Source: Styela clava
Taxonomy: Eukaryota
Direction of reading: 5' to 3'
Assembly (NCBI RefSeq): GCF_964204865.1
Contig: NC_135258.1
Coordinates: forward strand, 11,036,001-11,100,000
Length of the DNA stretch: 64,000 nucleotides
Shown: piece after piece, positions 24,701 through 40,400 of the stretch
Numbering within the stretch: the first letter of the stretch is position 1
Layout of the letters: the number at the start of each line of letters is the position of its first letter
Notes under the pieces: generated by a model
What the model was told of the DNA's origin: nothing
The model's input: the letters and a program-made list of their open reading frames with translations, nothing else
Databases searched by the model: none
Program-made: the position numbers and the translations under genes

Positions 24701-27700
24701 TTTCGCTTTATCGGTGTGTTATTTACATGAAATTTATGTGTGCTCACTTATGGTCATTGCTTATCAATAAGAATGATCTAACTCGATTTATCTGAATAAA
24801 TTCAACACACGTTTCTTACGTTAGTCTTACACTTAAGGACTCCTAGACAAACATTACCGAGAAATTCTGTAGCAGATATCAGGCTATTTCAGAAATTATT
24901 ATTACTCTTGGAATACGACTTAAATATTCAAATGTGTAGTGCAGGCTTTAGAGTAGATGAGCTGTGAAAGTCAAGCTATGAACCAGTTCAGTAAGCCATT
25001 TTTGTTGACTTTTGTGCCTGTACTTTGGCTATTTTAGAGTACTTATCCAATTAGTATTTTTATTTATAATTTCGATCGATCGAAAATTGAGAAAAACTTC
25101 ACCACTGACTTAAAACTGATCTGTTTATGACTAGGCATAAATGAGTCTTAATCTGATCATTTCTTATACTTTTTTGGCCATTCGATTAGAATTTCATTGA
25201 GAGAACAATTATTTCCAGACCGCTGTGAAATGGGAAATTACATAAATACAGTCGCCCATACTTCGTTTCAATCAACAAACTCGATTCAATGAATCATGTC
25301 TCTGAGTATTACTGTACTATTTCTATGTGCACGTCTAAATTAACCAGTCCAACAGACCACACTTGTATACTGTCCAATATAGTCGTATGTGGTGTCTACG
25401 CTGAGAATGACGGTTCAGGTATCGTGGTTAGAGATGTCAGATAGAGTGAAGAGTGTATTTCAACTCTTATGCTACATGGGACAGACAGAGGGTACGCTAA
25501 TGTTTATCTAAATGTAAGCAACAGACTACAGATTGTACCATTCTACCTTTTTAGTGTTCTTTAGTAATCCGACAGAAAACGGGCATTTTAACAGCTTGTG
25601 TCGTCAAGTCATTCCCATGAGATGTTTGGTCATAAGAGGTCATTCTGTGCTGTCAAGAAACAACAATTTTGAGAAAATACGAAAATCAACAATATTTTGT
25701 AGTATGTATTGCATGTTGAATGACTGGTACTTTTCTAATCTTTGGTAAATTCTGTTGTGATATACTATTATATATTATGTGAAATCTCAAGTAAAACGTG
25801 AAATTGCAATAACACATACCTTATTAGAAAATGAAAACGTGACATGCATTGGGATAACAAGCTGTGACTGGTAGTAATCACAACCCACAACTATCAGTAC
25901 ACAACGCCAATTTTGCGGACTCTCCGAGGCCACAATGTTTAAATAGTGCCATCCATTCATTCATTTGACTCGAGTTTATATTCTTTGTTAATATGAGATA
26001 GAATTCACTAATCCTTGCTCCGTACCCGGATACTTGAATATAAGGGTATAGTACGAGTGTGCTTTTGTTTCGTTTTTGTATGGTACGATGACATCCTTCA
26101 CAAACACTACATATATATTGTATACTATGAATAAAGTTATTCTGTTTTCGTCATCGATGGGATTTTATCACAGAGTGGGAAACATACTTTCCTGTTCGTG
26201 TTATTTGTGATTTTGGTTTTATTTCTTTGTCTTTTTGACACGCATTGCTATATATAAAGGTCTTACTGTTGACAAGAAAAATCTTTGATGTAAATTGCCA
26301 GGTTCGACGGTTTGTCCAGCATTAGAAAAAAATCGATATTATAATTCAGTTCATCAGCTGCGATTAAAGGGAATTGTAATAACTTGGATTTGATGATCTG
26401 TTATTGAATGTAATCCTAGCTCAAAAAAATTATACCATAAGACCAGACCAGAAAAATGTTATAGGAGTTTAAATGAACTAAACCGTTTTAATTCTAAATT
26501 GTTTAAATTTCAAACAAGACCATCAAAAAAAGAAAAAAAGGTGGAAATATATAAAATAATATAAAAGAAATAAAATATTGAAATTTATAAAGACGAATAT
26601 AGACAATTTCAAATAACAGCGTTAATGTGCACATTTACTGTACTGTATTTTGTTCCTCGATTTTTTGTTCGATCATATTGAAATTTCCGGAAATAGAAAC
26701 ATCCCCTTTTCCTTTAACTCCGCTAAAAAGTTGTGTCTTTCCATATCAAATATCTCTGTAAGCTCTTACGTTGAAATATTCATGCTTTTGAATCTCAAGC
26801 AAACAACTTTCAACAGGAATACATCGGGCGATACATCATCAACGTGTAGTAACTATACATCTTCAGTAATATGCTATGGCTGAGCATGAGCTGAAAATGA
26901 GGGGGAAATAACTATGCATAGTGAGAACAAAAAAACTCGTAAGCTAGTTGAAATCTCTTTGTTTCGTGTTAGGCACGTGTTTGTAATTCAATCGGCTTAA
27001 TTGACATCGTATAGGTTTAAAGGGTGGACGCTCATTTAAAATGTTGGTTTGTATTGGAATGTGCGAGCTTTAGTTAGGTGATTCGAGAAACGCAGTCAGC
27101 TAACACGTTTTCGTAAAATAACCGCAGAATAGTATTGCAAGTGAGTCAATCTTTTTAAAGCACTGTATTGAATTTATTGTTGTGAGGCAGTGACTATCAG
27201 GGACCACAATTATTTTGTGAAACGGTGCAAGAAAACACATAAGCTAACTTAACAATTTCGTGCTATGATGGATGTAGTTCACAATAGATTGAACTTCATC
27301 TATTTTTAATATGAATTATCAGCGGTGATTATATTGCATTCAAGAAATTCACTTTTTGGAGATCACTGGTTATATGATATAAAGACCGGTGTGTAGGGCA
27401 TTTCGTTAGTAGCCCTTATAATATTCACTTCCTCAGCTATTAAGAATATAAACTTTTGTATTAGGTGGTCACATTGGAAAAATTTAAATCATTGTGTGTA
27501 TGTGTCAAAGTTTCAAAAACACAGGTGTGGTAGAATAATCCCTTATGATAGATTAAAATATTAGATTTTCTCAGCCCTTTGTTAAAACACTGTTGAAAAA
27601 ATAGGTAAAATAACTAGTTTCTATAAAACCTACTATAAGGTCTACGAAAGGGTTTAGATATATTTCTAGTGGATTTCCTACTATCTCAAGCTGCCTATAA

Positions 27701-28691
27701 ATCATATTTCCTCACTAGATTCATATGTAAAATTTGTAAATTTCACTGAAAAAAATTAATGATATTTTCTGAAGCGTTGGTCAATAACACGTACGATTAA
27801 GCGTCTAAATCAGGCTTTATTCAAGTTTTTCGCACAAAAGCTTTTTCGCGTGCTATTTACTTTGCATTGACGACAATTATAGTCATTGTATTATCAGATC
27901 ACAAACACAACGATCAAATGCCAAAACAAGGAAAAAATCGAAGAAAATATTGAATTTTGGAATGATATGCTCCTAAATATACAGAATATTCGTTAGCTCA
28001 AATCAGTAAGAGATGAATTGTATATATATATTATCAATTTATCTTCAATAGAAAGATTATCGTTTGAAGATAATTTTTACAGCAAGCTTAATTTCATATG
28101 TTTGGTATACTTACATCTATAAATTTTTTTTATTATATTTTACTTTCAAAATGAATGTAGTACGATTTCACCCTTCATACTTTAAGTAAAATAAGCTTTT
28201 AAATTACGATCAATTTTTTCTGTGTCATTGCTTCGATGTTTTGGTGTATGATAGTGGTGGTCATAAGAAAAACAACATCATTAGCTATGAAGGTGCAGCT
28301 GTAGCCAGTCTCCGAGTTGAAAACATTGAGATCTGGTCGGATCTGATTTCAGACTATAGCTCCCCAGACCTGGTTAAAAAAATCGAAACTTTGTTTAATG
28401 TCCGTCGGACATCAGCAAATCTTGCTCACAGTTCTAGGCTCTTGCTCGCAGCCATGCAGTAGCGTTTGATTGCATTCATCAACTTGGTTGCCGTATTCAT
28501 AGTAAAGTTAAAGGGATACCAGGATAGTTTATATTTTGAGGTTAACCTAAAGCTTCGGCACAATTTGAGAGTGAAACCACAAAAGTGGGATTTATTTTTC
28601 CACTTTTACCACACAAGTGTGGATTAGGGATTGACTCGCGATTTCGATATTGTAAAGAAAGAAAAGGTATCTCATATTCATCCGCTAAATG

Positions 28692-28815
28692 CAGGGCTGC
28701 CATAACGTCCTTGTTTCTAAGATTTGTCCATATTTTGAAGGTTTTTGTCTTAAAAAATATTTTGTCCTTATTTCCGAGAAACGTCCTTCTTTAGACATGT
28801 GTCCTTATTTTTGTT
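28692..28815 (+). mobile_element. hAT-like left end fragment
   Basis: CAGGGCTGCCATAACGTCC followed by repeated GTCCTTATTT motifs; matching right end not found. Confidence 0.4.
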
Positions 28816-31800
28816 TTATTTTATGGGTAGAGGTTCTTATACCAGGCACTTAGATTGGCCAATTCGAATGATTAATTTGCTAGAAATGATATTTTACAAC
28901 CTCATTGATTGCACGCGCATTCATTACGTAATAATTACAGCAAATTAATTGACACAATAACAAAACAAAAGCCTACCGGCCAAAATCAGTTCGTGTAACT
29001 TGAATCAAAATACAACATAAAAGTGAAATGGAACAGATAGTTTCTAATAATAAAGAACTGCGGAAGAAAATCCTTTCTAGTGCAAAGTAGGATTAGACAT
29101 GGGTCGCACTGGCATGAATACATTTTGTTTATTACATTTTGTTCTTTGGTATTCCATTATTACAGGATTTTGCATCTTGATCAACTTGAATATTTTGACG
29201 TGGTGATTGGTGAACGTGCTTTGTATTTATATATATTTTTTTTTTCAAATTTGTTCATTCCTGTATTAATTCAAAGAATGAAACGTGTTTGACTACATTA
29301 TGCTATGACGCAGAGAATAGGTTGAGAATAAACTTTAAAATGCTTAAACTGCAATATCTGATTAAAATGCACTTGTGTTTGAAAAATTTGGACTATTAGG
29401 GGTGTCAGCCGTAATGTTTAATTTCTGAACGCGTCCGCTTATATTGTGTATTTTTGTAGTTGTAAAATGTATGTATTCATCAACGCATATTTTGTATATT
29501 TAAAAAGTACATAATCGGGATTTATAGGTGTAGCAACGTCTAAGTAAATCATATTAATTGTGAAAAATTGAATTTTATTCCGTGAAACTTGCATGTTTTT
29601 TCACGCCGTTATCTAACGTATAACGCAATAAGTATAATTTTTCTAAAATATATCTCAATCGCGGATTTGTGTTATCATGTCCTTAAATAAATATTGAAGT
29701 TTTGGATTTACTTAATGTTTTGTAAGGCTCAACAAATTGCAAAAACCACCAGAGCTGATGCATAAAAGTTAAGCGAGTTTGTTGACAACTTCAGTTTGAG
29801 TACCGGTAACTCCGATGTTTTGATCATATTACAAGACGTAAGTAGATGATTCTAATCAAAGAAATTTCAAATATTGTTCTTAATGTGGCACTTTTTCATA
29901 TATAAGCAGCAAATGCATGTTACCTCTTAATATTATGCTGAAGCGGAAGAATGGCGTTTTGTATATATGATAACCTGTTTATCAAACTTAATCACGAAGA
30001 ATTACTTTTCTTCTTATATATATGCGCATTCCAACCACAATTATGCGCCATTAGGCAGGCTGGGTTCGCCAGGGCAAAGGCTAGTTTTTTGCGATTTTAG
30101 AAAACGATTTCGCGCAACATTCAAGTTTGCACTCACAACATATCACGCCTTGCTGAAGACGATAATTACTTGTTTGAGCAGGTGTTATATATAGAAACGA
30201 TTTTTCATTCATAAATTTATCATGTTGAATAGAAGTATTTTTCTTTTTTGTCACTTTTGATGAATCAAATATATGACCATTTGTAAAATTTTGCATACAT
30301 GTCATGATGTCGAAAAATTGTGTTCGTGTAATACTGTCGAACATGTTCCAAATAATTCTAAAGTTAACGAACCAATCGAAATCGAAAAAGTGTTTCAAAT
30401 TTTCTTCTAAAGTCAAATTGAATTTTACGCCATTTTTTAATGGCGTCAAAAATACCGAATTCAAAATCTGATCAAGCAGTGGTTCTTTTATAATCGGCTA
30501 CCATACCACACAGAAGTATAATTAAAAGCAAAACAACGAACATACTCAACTGTCTAGGCATACTTGAAAAATAAACACAGCTAACGAAATTAATCCTAAT
30601 TTCAACATCATAAATATTGACTTCTCCGTTAATTGAAAATTCCAGAAAGACGTATATTTACATGGTCAACGTTAATTAAGAAATATTACTTCGCGATATT
30701 CAGACGTCAAATGAATATTAAACAATGACAATATTGTCATCTCTATACCATTACAACGTTTGTTTCAGGTTGTTTGTACACCTAACCAGAAAATAGCAGT
30801 ACGCCACTGAAAAACTGTATATACTAGGAATTGAATTAATATAGAGAAGGTCGGAGAAAATGTTCTTACAGGCATGCATTCTATACAACTTTTGCCAACA
30901 TTATTATTCACAAGGCCGGCAACAACACTTTCTTCATTTCAAATTCATCTTAAGTTTAAGTGACTGCGCATGTGCAGTGTCTGGCTCCGAGAGAATGTCT
31001 GAAACACCTGATAAATTGCCAACACTTCTCGTCACCGCACAGACGTCAAGATCAAGGCCAAGTTGTATACACACCTGTGCAGTGCAATTTTTCATCTATT
31101 TTGAACATTGTGTACAGAAATTATTCACACAGTGTGTATATTTACTCAAACATATACAAATGTAATTAAGACTGTTAATACAACAATAGTCCGACTTGAT
31201 ATATGCTTTAATTAAACTCCAATTCGACTCATTTATCATTGCGCTTAGCTCGGATAAGGTTTTCGATTAGGGTCAGTCAGTAGGTCTATGTTTAAGGACA
31301 TATATATATATATACTTTCGAGAGATATTAATTATTAATTTTATTCGTTTATTTGACAACATGGCGGATCATATGTCCATTCATATTATTAGCTTCAAGA
31401 GTATTGTAACGTGCCAAGTAAAGTACGTGAAGTAAGTTCGATATCAATATACCTCGGAAGGTTAAGATAGCTAAAATTAGTCGTACAAGTATATACAAAT
31501 CAGGAGAAGGTGCATTTTTGCATCTGAGTTTTTTCCGAGTCTCGTATCGTAAAAACCAAAACAAACCTGTAGATTTTGTTTCAATATACTTAAATTGAAT
31601 TAGATTCTCTTACAATTTGTAGTTGCGAAGGTTGGGTATGGGTTGGCTTGAAATCAAGAAATTAAAAGTCCGGTTAAAAGAACGATTCTAAGAAATACAT
31701 TGTGTAACACAATATAATATGAGCAATATTTGATGAACTGATTTATTCTATTTCCAGCTTATTAGCAAGAAAATTTGTCTGTTTTGTGGCAGGTGTTTCA

Positions 31801-33924
31801 AAACGACAACCCTAACTTTATAAGTTCTATTTCAGTGAGTTAGTTACGACATTGCTTACATGTAGAAACAAAGTTTCTTTAAAAATTCCCAGGGGGGGAT
31901 TGTTAACGTTATTGGCCTCACTATTATTATTAATCGAAAATGATTACATATTTTTGTTTACGTTGAAATTTTATTAATGGGCCTTACTTGATCTTATGCA
32001 TTTCCGTTTATAATATTGATTGGTGATAATTCAGCCATCTCGTTTATATAGTTGATACTGTGTCGATCCCATAACAAAAATGTGTGTATTCAAGAAAAAT
32101 GGGTATTTCCTCTTGAGTTTTAGCCAAAACACATACGTTAGTTACATTCGGTATCATATAAACAAAGTATTCTGAAATGCAAGTAGTTCTTCTGCTCTTT
32201 TTTACTATTTGTAAGGCGTAGAATCTCAAATTATTTGTACTTCCGTTTTTCCGCGAAATCGGTTTGGTCACGGAATTAGCGAATTTTTTTATTAAACAGG
32301 TGTTACATAGAGTTAAGAATTATAGCATGTTTATCATTGGCCGTACATCGATGATAAAATGCTGTGCCGCAACGAAATCACAGGTAGAATACATGAAAAT
32401 TTACAATTCTTTTCATATTGTGTGCAGACAATGGAGCTCATATGGTATAAAATAGTTGATAAGTCATTGTCGATCGATCAGCCGTAAAAAATTCCTTAGC
32501 AATTATGCTGCCGATCAGAGTCGTAAATAAAATGGCTACCCCATTATAAATAAATTTGGATTATAATGTGACCTCTATTTCGGGTTGATGGGATAAATTT
32601 AAGTGCTACCGAGTTTGGTAGTGGTATGTATTCATGGTTGTCGGTCTAGCGAACCTATACTGCAAAATTCGGTATTCGTGAACACACAGTTTAGTACCAT
32701 CAGTAGCAGGACATCTGACAATTACCTTTTAATAAATTTTTTAGTAAAAGTTTAGACTTATCTTAATCCTAATGTGAGACGTCTTCTCTGAGTTTTTAGT
32801 CTTTGAAAAGGTCGAAAATTGAAAGATGGAGGAAAGTTGTCCCCTACGAGCAAGATATCTCCCAACTCGGTAATTGGTGCATCACGCCGCTGGTTACAAT
32901 CAGCTTGGTCAACTATCCACATACCCCATTTGGACTGGTGACAGAACAAGAGGCTGTGGTGTTGTATATGATGAAACCGTCTTGTCGGTGTTACACCCTC
33001 GAGATCCTATCCTACTTCGAAACAGTTTTTTGTGGAAAAGTGGTTGTTATGGAGACAGAATAGAGACAAGTGTACTACTACTCATTATTCTAATGAGAGT
33101 GTACAAAATGCGTTTATAACTCGTGCCATGTCTACTATTTGTATCAGTTCGCTTTTTGATAAAGTTCCGGAGAACTGTCAGATTACTATGTGGTATTTCG
33201 AATGTGATAGGTTGTAGGTAGGACTTTGTCTGCTAACATTTTATTTATAATTTATCTATTCAACAACCATGTGGTGAAAATGGTTAAAGCACAAATATTT
33301 TTCTTCTTCTATCCATTGGTAATATATGCATCGCATACGCCACACAATGATTTATTTATTATATTTACTTTCATCCGAATCCTTATCCTTTTATCAGGAT
33401 TTAAATCGTTCCCAAAACAACTGTTTACACCTGAATAAATTACCTTGCCCTTATTTCTTTTGGCAGATTTTTATTTTGATAAAATAAAGCTTATTTTATT
33501 TGGCGTTTCTTCGCACATTTCTACCGCTTTCAAGTATTCATTATCTGTTGATTTAGCTTTTATCAATACTTAAAAACATATAGCTAATTATTTTTTTTAT
33601 AGAAAATGACGATTACACAGGAATTCGTAAACTTGGAAATGTCAATCATGCTTGAAATATTATTCTGTCCAAAATTATTTCCCGCCACGCATGATTGAAT
33701 ATAACTCACCATATCCTGCTTCTAATATCTTTGATAAGGATCGACCCTTCCTACACGAGATGGAAAAGTTGAGTTTAATGCATTTTAAATTGAGCGTCGC
33801 AGATCTGTTGTAATACGTTCTGCGGCTTCTCAAGCCAATTATTATTGATATCCACAATGCGGTATCAGTCAGAACGATGAGACAACCGAATGTGTTTTGG
33901 GTCGGTGGGGGATTAGCATTCGTT

Positions 33925-34483
33925 TTCGAGCATAGTGGGGTACGGATGGTAATTTTAAGTTGACTGATAAAAAGTTTGTGTTTCAGATATATTTCCTAGT
34001 TAATAGCATGTTGAGGTGAACATTTTGAAGTGGTAAAATAATTACACCACAAATCGTATAGAGTTGGCAACTATAACGTCTGATCATCATCGATTATCTT
34101 GCCAGAAGATTGCCATACTTTGAGCATAGTGTGGTACAGATGGCAATTTTAGGTTTGTTGATAAAAAGTTAGTGTTTTAGATATATTTTCTAGTTAATAG
34201 CAAGTTGAGGTGAACATTCCACCGTTGTAAAATAATGACACCACAAAGTGTAGAGTTGGCAACTATAACGTCTGATCATCATCGATTATCTTGCCAGAAG
34301 ATTGCCAGACTTTGAGCATAGTATGGTACAGATGGCAATTTTAGGTTTGTTGATAAAAAGTTAGTGTTTTAGATATCTTTACTAATTTATAGCAAGTTGA
34401 GGTGAACATTCTACCGTTGTAAAATAATGACACCACAAAGTGTACAGTTGGCAACTATAACGTCTGATCATCATCGATTATCT
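33925..34483 (+). repeat. Tandem repeat of ~193-bp units, ~2.9 copies
   Basis: GAGCATAGT..GGTAC.GATGG starts at 33928, 34122 and 34314; GTTGGCAACTATAACGTCTGATCATCATCGATTATCT occurs three times. Confidence 0.92.
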
Positions 34484-37400
34484 GACAGGAAAAAATTCAA
34501 TATGAAAATACTGTTGTTTGTTGCCGAAAGTTTGAAACATTTTAATTACACTTTCTAGTAAATAAATCACATTTCAGGAAATATTGAATAATATTTAAGG
34601 CAATTTATCTGTTAATTGTATTTTGATATATTCACTTAAAGGTTATTTAAAAATCGTTTTATTTCAGTCACAGAATATGTTTATATTTTACTGTTTTTCT
34701 CAATAGTATCGGCCCAAAAATCTATAAGTTTGAGGAATATTGAACTGGAAATGTTAATTGCTGTGTGTAGGCCATTATCTGCTTTACAATTAAGATTTTA
34801 AGGCATTGACGCGCACTTTGTTTTACGTTTAAGATCGTCGACTGAATCTTTTGTGTCGGTCACGCACAGACCTAAAACGATACATACGCATCTTTGTTAG
34901 ATGCCAGATTTTAGTGAACTGATCAGATTTTAAAAACGTACAGTTAAATTAACATTCGTTCCACGAATAAAGCGTAGGCGTACAAAATTTAAAAAATGTC
35001 GTTCCAGTTGAGAAGTGATTAACTTGCCTCAACGATCGTAAAATTGCGATTTATCGTCGTTTATATCTCAACAGGCATTTGTGGTCAGAACAATTCGGTC
35101 GTGTATTGATGTTTTTGATCCTTCTTTCTTTCCTCACTACAGCCGAATTGATGACAAAGAAAATTTGTTTAAATTTTAATTCAACTATGCTGCGAACCCG
35201 ATTTTGTACTCTATTTCTCCCCCCCCCCCTACCTTCTATTTACTTTATTGAAGGGTTACTTTTTAATCTTACTCTGACGCATTGAATTGGTAATACATCT
35301 TATTTCGAGGTTAACCGTTCAATGCCAATGTGGGTTCTAACATGGTAGAAATAGTTGTGTTCCCCACGATAAAATTGGTTTCGCCTACACAACTGTATTT
35401 TGTATAATTGGCCTTGAAACTTATTTCTTCGCTTCTATTTTCTCTATAGGTAATGTATATTCAATATGAATTTTGATGCTTTTTGCCTAATGCTTTGGAG
35501 GTATTGAAATACATGACCGTTTGCGTTTTTTTTCTTGAAAATTTTTTGTACTTGTTTCAACTTGATAATTGATATTTCTTCATAATAATTTTATAGAAAA
35601 ATATACGTGTGTCCATTATTCACGAATTAATAGTAGAATTGCCTCACTTCCATACTATTTTTCTAATCAAATTGTCTGTTTCAAAAAAAAATCGTATATC
35701 AAAAATTGGATATTGTCTATCCTATATCCGAACGTCGAAATTTGAAGTCTGGACTAATGAAGTTTGTAAAGGGACTTACTTTCTAAGAACCGATATGAAT
35801 TGATAATGCATGCAGAAAATCGGCCAAAAATTGAAACCCCTGTGGTAAGCCCGAAAGCTGAAACGACGCAATACACAAAACAGCTTTAATCATGCAAATT
35901 TAACATTTCAGAATTTTAAAATTCCCAAGTTCTCATGCCCGTAATCGATTACTCAATTGATCGGAAGTGCACACTAATATGCAAATCAGAACCACAATAC
36001 GCATATGGAACCAAGAAGGAGACCTACTATCAATAATACGTATTCGAATAAATTAATATGACGTCATAGAAAAGGCCACAAAAGCATTACATATGAATTG
36101 ACTCTAAATGTATATTTCGCAGGATTTAAATGCGATTGTTTATCGCTATATTTCTTATGATACGTTATTTGTTGTAAATATTTTTTACTCCCATAATTCC
36201 CATTTTAAAATAAAAAAACGACTATGCTTATATTTATATATAAGGATTGTACGAAACAAACATTATATCTTATTTTGTTGAATTATAATAAAAAACTTAT
36301 AAAAGTGTGTTTTCATTGCTAATCCCTGTCCATTCTGACATCTCACGCAACTGGCTTCCTTTTTTAGTATTTATTATTTTTCTGATCGACGTCATGACAT
36401 TGTTACTAATAAAACCTTCAAAATATTTTTTCATTTTTTCTTCGACTCTTCGTTCAATTTTGTTTACTTTTCGGATTTCCTTTCCATATATCGTGATGGA
36501 AAAATTTAAATCTTCAACTTTTATTGTAAAATTTATACAAAAGAAACATTGAGAAAATAGTAAAATAAGGATTGGAATAATTTTTATGTAATTTTATGTT
36601 AGGTTTTTAGGCAATACTACATTACAGCTGGACCGATACCTATTTTTTCAAAATAAGTAGGTCTTCACATATTATTGACTGCTTATAAAGGCCCTTGTTC
36701 TGAGTGAATAAAAGAAAAAGTTGTATAAAAATCGTCAAATGCCGATATCATTATTCAGTGTCTGTCGGCTTAGAAGTCGAATAAGAGGTTTTAAAACTAA
36801 ATTAAAAATAAAGCATTATGACGTAACATATGACGTCATTTATCTAAACTTCGCTTTAATTTTTAAATCTCCAATCTCGATTATGACTATAACAAACTCA
36901 AACTTGTAATTCAGGATCTCTTGAAACCTTCAGCATGTATTTTAGAATTTTTGATTTATTTTAAAATGTGTCGTTGTTCTGTTTTAACGTTTTTTGCTTC
37001 TAAATTATCGGTAATATCGCTCTTCAAAATTATTTATCCGATACCGATATTATCATAATGTCTGATATTGTCGATATCAATATGGAATAGCGTTCTGAAA
37101 CAATAAATATACAAGAAATAAACCTTACTTCACGTATGATTTTAAAACAAATTGTTACGCCAATTTTGATAATAACGACACACCTATTTTTGAACTAGAA
37201 AAACAACGATTCCGACCGGAACTTGACGACTCTGACCCCGCTGAAGTAGTAATTTACCCCTGTGCGGTCTGACGTGAGGATTATCTCAAGATTTCCAGGG
37301 TTAATCTTTTGTAGACATTTACGCTGTGGTCGCTATTGTCATCTGACACAATTAGGATAAAGCAGAGCTTACGTTGGATCACGGCTTCAACACTTTTGAC

Positions 37401-40400
37401 TTTTATAATTTCACCGATTTTTTGTGACGTGAGTGCCGTCCAGTACTTGATAATTGAATTGACCATTTTAGGCCCATTACCGGTCTTGTTTTTTATCGAG
37501 TGTAGGGCATAAATGGGTTAAATTTTGAGGCCGCTTCACTCCTGTTACGAAACCTGTTATAAAGATGTTTATTGAAATCAATTACTGATAAAATACGATG
37601 AATAACAGTTTTTTTTCAAGTCAAAATTTCCGATTGTTTTCGACATTTTGACAGGCGATTCAAGGATACTGTGAGGATGGTAATTCTTGACAAAAAAATT
37701 TGAATTTTTCAGTTTAAGCTTGGTATGGTGCGGTTTTTGTGGACAACTTTTAAAGCCTATAAATCTCTCCTAAATCCGAAAATATGACATTCGTGATAAT
37801 TTGTAATATAAATCTGAGGCCTTACGTGTGGCCTTAACACGCATAAGTCGTGAGAGTATAAATTTTTTGGTACGCTGCGAGCGTTAATTTTATGGACAAA
37901 ATAGAAAGAAAAAGTCTGTAGCAAGAAAAAATGTTACTCTGATATATAGGTAGTAAGTAGATTGTTATTTTTTTGAAATATAAAATGGCGTTCTTTTTCT
38001 TCATTTCACACATATACGACATAAAATTGTCATGCCTTTTGCTATTTTCGTGTGTCTGTTGGGTAATAAAAGGCTCGAATGTTTGTCAGAATGCCAGATT
38101 GACAGAAGCCTTCCCGGATAAACTCTGGCCTATAGGTTTTGAGTTAATCCGCGTAATTTTTCAATTAATTCATCTCCATTTCCAGTACAAATACATAGGG
38201 TGTCAAGTACCAATCTTGTTAATCAGTCTTGTGTAAAGAGATTAATTTATACATTACGGTTTTTGTCATTAGGGATTCAGGTTTAGAAGGAGGGCGAGGA
38301 CTTACTTTACCGAGGTTGGATTCCGCGGTTTTGGTTGGAGTTCAGCCTGCTACAGATGAGTATTACTGACAGGATTGAATATCGAAGATGCATCATTACC
38401 TTCTGGAATTTTATATTAATAGTTTAATTTTCCTTAATTTTGACCCTGGTGTCTGTCTAACTATGTGAATCTTGGCGTCATTTATTCCTTTGGGAATATG
38501 CAAATATTATTAATTATGCTTTATAAATAATTGAGAAAATTTAAGAGTATTTTATTGTATTTTATTCAAAATGGATATTTTTTGACCAAACTTTCACAAG
38601 TTTGCTGCAATACAGGTAAAATCATTGAAATCAAGGATTAAGAAGAAGTTAAAATTCGCAAATGCGAGTTATTCTCCTTGTTTTTTGAATTGTAAACACT
38701 GCATAATTTATATAAAATATAGAAAAAGTTTTTACTTTATCTATATTGAACACAACGCAATCTCTCATTTATTTTCACCCAAATTGCTAAAAATATTACA
38801 TTTTAAAAATTCTTAGTTTTTATATAATTATATTAATATTACATATTCAGCCCAAATTTCTGAGCAAATTGAAACATTATGTCGAATTCAGAAAACGATT
38901 TTAAAAAATACGTATGCAGAAAAGTCTGCCATTTTACTATTACAGAGATCCTAATACTTTCTACAATTCTATGTTTGAGGGACAAGTTATCTAATAGGTA
39001 AATAATTAGTTCGTAACCCCTCGTTTGACCTAATATTTAGTTCATCAGTGAAACCATATTCATTTGGGATATCTATGTGTCGGTGACGAAATACATCGTC
39101 GCGAATAACGACTTATTAATATGATTGGGTCAAAGTAACAATTTAGCATCATTTACAAAACAACATCGCTGTTGGAAAAATAACTAATTGTTTCAATATT
39201 TTACAGTAATAAAATGTATGTATTTTTAAAATTCTGCCAAACTTGGTAGGGAGATAAAGCACACTTTTGTGACATTTTTATAAGCTGCCCATATTTAATT
39301 TGCATATGTCATAATAAACTTTTTTTAAATAAATTTTATATTATATTACCTATTTATATGATGTGCACTCAAAACTAGGCTCTACACAAGAATTCATTGC
39401 TGGGTAATAAGTAATATGGTTTGGAAGGGCCGGAATCTTACCGGTTCGGCGTTACCCACTCTGTTTTATACACTCTGAGTGAGGTGGTGATCATGAGATG
39501 TAAGTCGAACGCTGAAATTTATTAAACGGAGAGGAAAGCCGATAAAAATCAGTCCGTGTCACGCAAAACTCAAGTAATTCTGCATCAAGTGTGTTAAAAG
39601 TCACTCAACTTTTAATTTTACTGTGAAAAGTTACTTTACTGGTATTTTTGTTTAATCAAGTGCAGTAAATCAATGTTGTTACTACACGATATGTGAAAAA
39701 TTCACTACTCTAATTTCAATCGATTGTACAAGGTTATAAGGGCGTCGTCAGGATGGGATTACACAAATAAATTATAGCAGTACAGAAACTTGTATTAAAA
39801 TCAATAACACTGGATGACAAGTGTTTGAAAATACTATGAAAAACTACGCAAGAAATATTGAAATTTTAATATCACTTAAAAACATAAAATGTCTTGTAAC
39901 CAGAATACTCAAATCGGTTATGTCATATGAATAAGATATTGTCATATTCAATTTATAATCACTATTTACTATTGTGACTCAATTACTGTAACAACTTGTA
40001 CGTTAGCGTTGTGCGAAAATAGATTTTAGTTGTAACAAGCTTGATTGAAGTTCAATTCAAATTTGGGTTAGTTTAGTATGCTTAATTCGTAAAGTGGACC
40101 ATATATGGGCGGGGATAACATACCAAACAATTTCTTATCGTAGAAAGACCTAAAGAGAAAACCCCATTTAGGGTTCATTTCTTCTTTTATACTACTTTGC
40201 TTAAAAGGTAATCCTTAGTTACGAAACCGCAAGCACTTTGAACTGAAGTGAATTAGCATTGAACCAAATAACTCATTTGAATTTTGTTCGAGGTATAATG
40301 GAAATTTGCGGGACTTGATTTACTCTAGGGGTAGTTGGTAGGTTGGTCGTAAACAATCATTGCTTTCGTCTATTGATTTTAGCCGCGTGGAAATTTAATA

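Noticed and set aside
32860-33015. Possible SINE 3' remnant (ORFs 32803-33217)
   Set aside because: Looks repeat-derived (ATCCTATCCT tail), but no Pol III boxes or clear second copy were found in the window.
33925-34483. CRISPR-like array
   Set aside because: Whole units repeat with no unique spacers, the context is eukaryotic, and there are no cas genes.
37470-37522. piggyBac-like end (...GGGTTAA)
   Set aside because: No matching opposite terminus found.
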